DNA of 63,993 nucleotides, counting the filler, from Hyphochytrium catenoides (Eukaryota; Protista; Hyphochytriomycota), in NCBI GenBank assembly GCA_900088475.1. It is 7 parts of 7 records of this genome, joined end to end, with 100 filler letters (N's around TTAATTAATTAA, not from the genome) between each part and the next. Parts side by side here need not be neighbours in the genome. Positions count along the whole stretch, not along the records: positions 56,360 to 62,879 come from FLMG01004135.1; positions 62,980 to 63,993 come from FLMG01001138.1; 5 more parts are not named here. The stretch is one strand, 5' to 3'. Below the pieces are notes generated by a model. It had not been told where the DNA came from, did no database searches, and saw nothing but the letters and a program-made list of their open reading frames with translations. Below are positions 58,462-63,993 of the stretch, piece by piece (the first letter of the stretch is position 1; every line of letters begins with the position of its first letter). The position numbers were made by a program, and so were the translations under genes.

Positions 58462-61400
58462 GTGGGAGNNNNNNNNNNNNNNNNNNNNNNNNNAAAAAAA
58501 AGAGAGAGAGAGAGAGGGAGACATCTAAGAAAGAGACTCTGCTGCCAGAAAGAAGGGAAAAAACAGGAAGACAACAATGCGGAAGCGGAGGAAAGAGTGA
58601 AGAGAGCCAAGGAAAGAGATCGAGAAATATCCTATTTCTACGACTTTTCTTCGCTGCCACCTTTTCTTTCTCTCTCTCTCTTTCTCTTCCTTCTCTCTCT
58701 CTCTCTTTTTCCTCTCTTCTCACCTAAGATAGTCAATGCCGCCCTCTAGCTTTTCTAACCACCGCGCTGTCCTCTGCAGCTTGTCTGCTGTCCGGATGTA
58801 GAAGATAAAGAAGCGGTCCAGGTACCGGACAACTGTCTCTTCGTCGAGATCCGTCGCCAAGAGAACGGCGTGCTTGGGCTTTGCCCCACCATTTCCGCAG
58901 ACATAGAGATTGTACCCTCTTTCCGTGGCTGTATAGAGGACAGAATGATGAAGAGAGAGAGAGAGCGGATGAATAAAATGGAGAAAGAGAAGAGAGAGCA
59001 AGAGGAAGGACAGACAGAAAGGAGCGGAGAGAAAGAGAGGAGTGAGAGAAGAGAGAGAGAAGAAAGAGAGAGAGAGAGAGAGAACGGAGTGAGAGAAGAA
59101 AGAAGAGAGAGAGGGAGACAACACAGAGAGAGACAAAGACAGAGACAGAGACACAGACACACAACACAGAGAGAGAGAAAACAGAGAGAGAGAGAGAGGA
59201 GGGGGGGAGGAGAAGAAAAAGAGACAGGACGGAGTATCAGAACGAGTTATTAGTAGCACGGGATAACTAAGGAAAGAGGAAACAGAGATACTAAGTGAGA
59301 AGGAGAGAGAGAGAGAAAAGATCTAACAAAAGGACAGGAGAAGGTGACGATGGTAAAAGAGACAGAAGAGAGGAGAAGAGACACACCTATGAGGCCGAAG
59401 TCCTTTCCTTGGGCTTCTGCACACTCTCTCACGCATCCTGAGACGCCTCCCTTTAGCTTGTGAGGGGAGCGCATCCCTTTGTACCTGTGCTCCAGGCGGA
59501 TACCGAAGCCCACAGAGTCCTAGGGAGTAGAAAAGAGAGAGAGANNNNNNNNNNNNNNNNNNNNNNNNNNNNNNNNNNNNNNNNNNNNNNNNNNNNNNNN
59601 NNNNNNNNNNNNNNNNNNNNNNNNNNNNNNNNAAGAGATACGAAATAGGGTTTAACAAGGAGGAACATGACGAGAAAGGAGAGAGACAAAGATCAAGAGA
59701 AAGACAAAGAATAAATGGAAGAGAGAGAGAGGGGACCAAATGGAAGAGAGAAAGAAGGGAGAGAGAAAGAAGGGAGAGAGAAAGAAGGGAGAGAGAGAGA
59801 GAGAAAGAGCGGGGGAGAAAGAGAGAGGGAGAGAAAGAGAGAAGGAATAAATGGGAGAGAGAAAGAAGGGAGAGAGAGAGAGAGCGGGGGAGAAAGAGAG
59901 AGGGAGAGAAAGAGAGAGGGAATAAATGGGAGAGAGAAAGAAGGGCGAGAGAGAGAGAGAGCGGGGGAGAAAGAGAGAGGGAGAGAAAGAGAGAGGAAAA
60001 GAAGAGAGCGAAGAGAGAGACAGAGAGAGGGAAAGAAGAAGAGCGCTCTTCCTACCTGCACGCCATAGCGGCACCAGGTGCTTCCCACGCATGTCTTCAC
60101 GGTTCTTAACGACTTTCCATAGGCGTGTCCGCTCTCAAACCCCGCGCGGACCAGCGCCTCCCAGATCTCAGGCAACTGATAGAGCTCCGCGCCAAAGAGG
60201 TCAATGCGCTGCCCGCCGGTGATCTTCGTATAGAGATTGTACCGCTTCGCCACCTGCCCGATGACCAAGAGCTGGTCTGGAGTTATTTCTCCGCCGGGCA
60301 CGCGTGGGACGACGGAGTAGTGGCCAGATTTCTGGAGATTCGCGAGGTATCGGTCATTGCTGTCCTGCAAAGTGTTCAGACTGGGAGAGAGAATGTGGTC
60401 GTTCCAGAGAGAAGAGAGAATGGACGCGACGGTGGGCTTGCAGAGCTCACAGCCGTCTCCTCCGCGTCCGAATGTCTTGAGAAGAAGAGAGAAAGAACGG
60501 ATCTGTGTGGTCTGAAGAATGGTGAAGAGCTCTGCGCGCGTCTGAGAGAAATGCTGGCAGAGAGAAGGCTTCTCTCTCCCTCTTCCCAGCGCCGTCATCT
60601 CGGCAGAGAAGATGTCAGAGATCATCGGAAGACAACCTCCGCAGCCTGTGCCTGCCCTCGTGCATTTCTTAACCTCTTCCATAGTGCAGAGATTCTTCTC
60701 TCGGATGGCTGTCCGGATCTTTCCCTTGGTTATATTGTTGCAGGAGCACACTTGCGTGTCATCAGAAGAGGAAGAGAGAGACGAAGAGTCTTTCTCTCTC
60801 TTTCCTCCTCCTCCTCCTCCCAAAAGGTCTCTCGGTCGCGTGTCTGCGGGCAGGTCTCCTCCGTTGTGACAGAGAGAAGAGAGAGAGCCATATTCTGAAG
60901 TGTCTCCTACCAAGATGCCACCTAGCAGTCTCTTCCCGTCAGAAGAGAAGAGAAGCTTCTTATAAACGCCGTCAAACGGATCTTTGCTTACGAGAGAGAT
61001 GACTTCTCCCTCTTCTTCTTCTGTCTCATCAGTAGCTTCCTTTCGTCCACCTTCTCTCTTCTTCGTCTTTCCCATTAGAGAGGGGAAAGAGCGAGAGAGA
61101 GAGCGCACGGGATCGTCCGCAAAGTAGTCTCCAAAGCTTGCCACGTCAACGCCCATAAGCTTAAGCTTTGTAGAGAGAGAACCTCCTTCAAACCGCTTTC
61201 TCTCTTCTTCTTTTTCTTCTTCTTTTTTCCGTCTTTTCTCTCCGTTTCTCTTCTCTCTCTCTTCTTCCCAGAGATTAGAGGCCAAGACTGTTGCCATCTC
61301 ATAGCCGGGGCCTACTAGCCCATAGAAAACATCCTGGTGCAGTGCACACTCTCCTATGGCGTAGACATCCGGGAGAGACGTCTGGAGAGAATCATCCACC

Positions 61401-62494
61401 ACGATGCCTCCTCTCTCTCCTACTGCCAATCCTCCCTCTCTCCCTAGCTCGTCACGAGGAAGGATCCCCGTGCAGATAATGACAAGGTCAACTTCTTCCT
61501 CTTCCCCTGTGTTAAGACGAATAGCTCCGACTCTTTCTTCTTCTCTCTCGCTCTGCTCTTCTCCTTCTTCTTCTCTCTTCTCTCTCTTCTTTCTCTCTCT
61601 TCTCCCAAGAATCTCTTCCGTGTAAACGCCAAGCTTGACCTTCAGACCGAGAGCTTCCACCTTCTTCTGCAGATATCTTGCTCCTTCTTCGTCCAGCTGC
61701 CGGGACATGAGCCAGAGATTCTTATCAATAACCATCGTCTCCAGGCCCAAATCCATGGCTGCTTTTGCTGCTTCTAAGCCTAAGAGCCCGCCTCCAATGA
61801 CGGCTGCTCTCTTCTTCTTTCTCTCCTTTTTGCTTTTCTCTCCTCTTTCGAGTCTCTCTTCTTCTTGTTGAAGAGGTTCTTCTTCCGTCTCTTTCTTCTT
61901 CTCCTGCTCTGCGTAGGCGATAATGTTCTCTAGGTCTTCTATGGTACGATAGACAAAGACGCCTTCTCTCTCTCTTCCTTTGATGGGCGGGACAAAGGGC
62001 CTGGCACCAGCGGCGATGACAAGCTTGTCATAGAAGATTTCTCTCTCTTTCTCTTGTCTTTGCACTTCTTCTCTCTCTTCTTCTCCGTCTGCTCCTGGGG
62101 AAAGGGGAAGAAGAGAGACCACTCTCTTTCTCTCCTTGTCGATCTTGATCACTCTCTCTCCCAGATAGGCCGTCACGCCGTTCTCTTGGAACCATGAAGT
62201 TGAGGAGAGAAGAGAGAGAGACTCAGCATCTCGATGAGAAAAGTACTGAGTGAGAAGCATGCGGTTGTATGCTGGTCGTCTTTCATCGCCAAAGACAGTG
62301 ATAGAGAAAGCTTTCTTCTCTGTCTCTCTCTCTTTCTCCAGAAGCTCTTCACAGAAACGATGGCCTACCATCCCGTTTCCTATAACCACCACATGTACCT
62401 TTCTTCTCTCTTCCTCCTTCCCGCAAGAGGAGGGAAGAGGAGAGAGAGAGAGAGATGATGATGCGGAAGAGGAGAGAGAGTTGGCGTCTCCCAT
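57424..62494 (-). CDS. nirB: Assimilatory NAD(P)H-dependent siroheme nitrite reductase, NirB-NirD fusion (~1253 aa); 4 exons
   Basis: FAD GNGMVG and NAD GGGLLGLE motifs; BFD-like CSCNN/GCGGC and CQHF/GCELC clusters; RVPGGEIT, SGHAYGK; siroheme/[4Fe-4S] CVGSTWC...GCVREC; C-terminal NirD Rieske-like domain. Exons 60056-62494, 59387-59519, 58724-58928, 57424-58408 are phase-consistent. Confidence 0.95.
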
Positions 62495-62847
62495 TTTGCC
62501 TCTTTTTTCCTACGGCTGCTCCTTTTTTCCTGGACTTGATATCTATCAGTAGCGGGAAGTAATGGTAGAAAGAGAAGACACGAGCGAGAGAGAAAAGTTT
62601 CTGCTGCTTGTCGTCCTCTCTCTTGCTCTTCTTCAGAATAAGAGCGAAGATCCGTCTTAGTGTCCTGATGGCATGGGAAACGGAACAATGAGCTGCCTTT
62701 CTCTATGGTTTTGCGCTCTTTTCTCTCCTTTCTTCTTTCTCCCTCTCTCTTTTCCCCTTTCCTTTCCTCCTCTATCTAATCTCATCCTGTGTCTCCTCCT
62801 TATCCCGGGCTTCACCCACTTCTTCTCCTAAGGAGACACAGAGAGAA

Positions 62848-62879
<32 letters not shown>

Positions 62880-62979
62880 NNNNNNNNNNNNNNNNNNNNN
62901 NNNNNNNNNNNNNNNNNNNNNNNTTAATTAATTAANNNNNNNNNNNNNNNNNNNNNNNNNNNNNNNNNNNNNNNNNNNN
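62880..62979. other. Artificial contig linker
   Basis: N-TTAATTAATTAA-N. Confidence 0.97.
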
Positions 62980-63993
62980 GAGAGAGAGAGAGAGAGAAGC
63001 AGAAGAAAGGGACGGAGGAGAGGAGGGAGAGAAGAGAGAAGAGGGAAAGGGAGGAGAGAGAGGGGGAAGAGAAGAAAGAGAGAGGGGAAAGAAGGTGAGT
63101 GCATGAGAGAAGAGAGCTCGCGCGTGCGAGAGAGAGAGAGAGAGAGAGAGATGAAGAGCAACATTGTAACAACTGCATAAGTCGAAAGGACACAGACAAA
63201 ACCTGGTTAACCCAAAAAGCAGTTATCGAATGTGTTTTGATGGTTGAGGAAATCAGAGTTACCCTAGATACAGAATCCTTAGCTCAGCTTTATGTGAATA
63301 AGGAAACCTGAGTTAAATTATGGGTTGCAGAAACTGTGAGAGAGAGGATTCTGATGACATTTTTCCTGCTCTGTCTCTCTCTCTCCCTCCTCCTCTTTTT
63401 CTCTCTCCTGTCTCTCTGTGTCTCCTTTCCTCTGTCTCCTTTCACTCTCTCTTCTTTTCCTCAGTCTCTCTCTCTCTCTACATTCATAATGTCTTCATAA
63501 CTGCCGCGGATGATTCTTTTTCCCTTGTCTCTCCTCCTCACAACTTTCTAGTCTCCCTCACTCTCGAGTCTTCCTCCTTTGTAGGCCAGCCAATCCTCTC
63601 GATTTCTTTATTTGTCGCTAGGTTCTTCTCTTTCTTCAATTGCTTTTCACTCTCTCTTTCTCTCTCCCTTCTCTCTCTCCTTTCTCTCTCTCCTCGTTTG
63701 GCTACCACTCTGGTCGACTCTCTTCTCTCTTCCTCGTCGCTCTTTGCTGTGTGCTTCTCGGCGTTCTCTCTTTTCTCTCAGCGTGACTAGCACTATTTCT
63801 TCCAGTTCCCTTGAACCTTCCCCTATAAGTAGGAGAGACAGCAGGGAAGGACCAAGGGAGAGAAACATGCTTGGAAGTCTTCTCTTTCTCTTTCCTTCTC
63901 TCTTGGGCCTAGGGTGCACTGCTCTCTTTGTAGCCTTGGCAGCCATCTCTCCCTCTCCCTCGTGGGAGATCTACCTCTCTCTCTCTCTCTTTT

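Noticed and set aside
60125-60898. 257-aa plus-strand ORF
   Set aside because: Antisense shadow of the conserved NirB coding region.
54116-62494. Apparent AMPK-gamma / nitrite reductase nutrient-sensing cluster
   Set aside because: The genes are on different contigs separated by an artificial linker.
63647-63946. 99-aa minus-strand ORF in the last contig
   Set aside because: Low complexity, no conserved motif, cut by the window edge; cannot be supported as a gene.

Overview
Eukaryotic genomic DNA extremely rich in (CT)n/(AG)n microsatellites. It consists of seven contigs joined by 100-bp N+TTAATTAATTAA spacers, so synteny across spacers is not real. The gene content suggests a protist, possibly a stramenopile; this is an inference. 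Contig 1 (1-15086) holds five spliced genes: a myristoylation-type, extended UMP-CMP kinase; a head-to-head pair of Rossmann oxidoreductases (CBR4/FabG-like and TIP30/HTATIP2-like); a TOM1/THH1-like membrane protein; and RNA polymerase III subunit RPC9. Contig 2 has an intronless HAD-fold protein. Contig 3 has an intronless, 5'-truncated ORF ending in a candidate papain-fold (Cys-His-Asn/Gln) toxin or deamidase domain. Contig 4 is a nest of degenerate Ty1/copia fragments with an intact 392-bp hAT-type MITE. Contig 5 has a ~15-kb HPS5/TECPR2-like WD40 gene with a C-terminal RING-H2, a CaMK-family kinase and a truncated AMPK-gamma/SNF4 gene. Contig 6 has a fused NirB-NirD NAD(P)H nitrite reductase. 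The most notable items are the papain-fold toxin candidate, a kinase apparently inserted into a split ferredoxin-like domain, a NirD Rieske domain lacking most Fe-S ligands, microsatellite expansion into coding sequence, and introns with 5' (AG)n and 3' (CT)n tracts. Exon models were read by eye and are unverified by transcripts.
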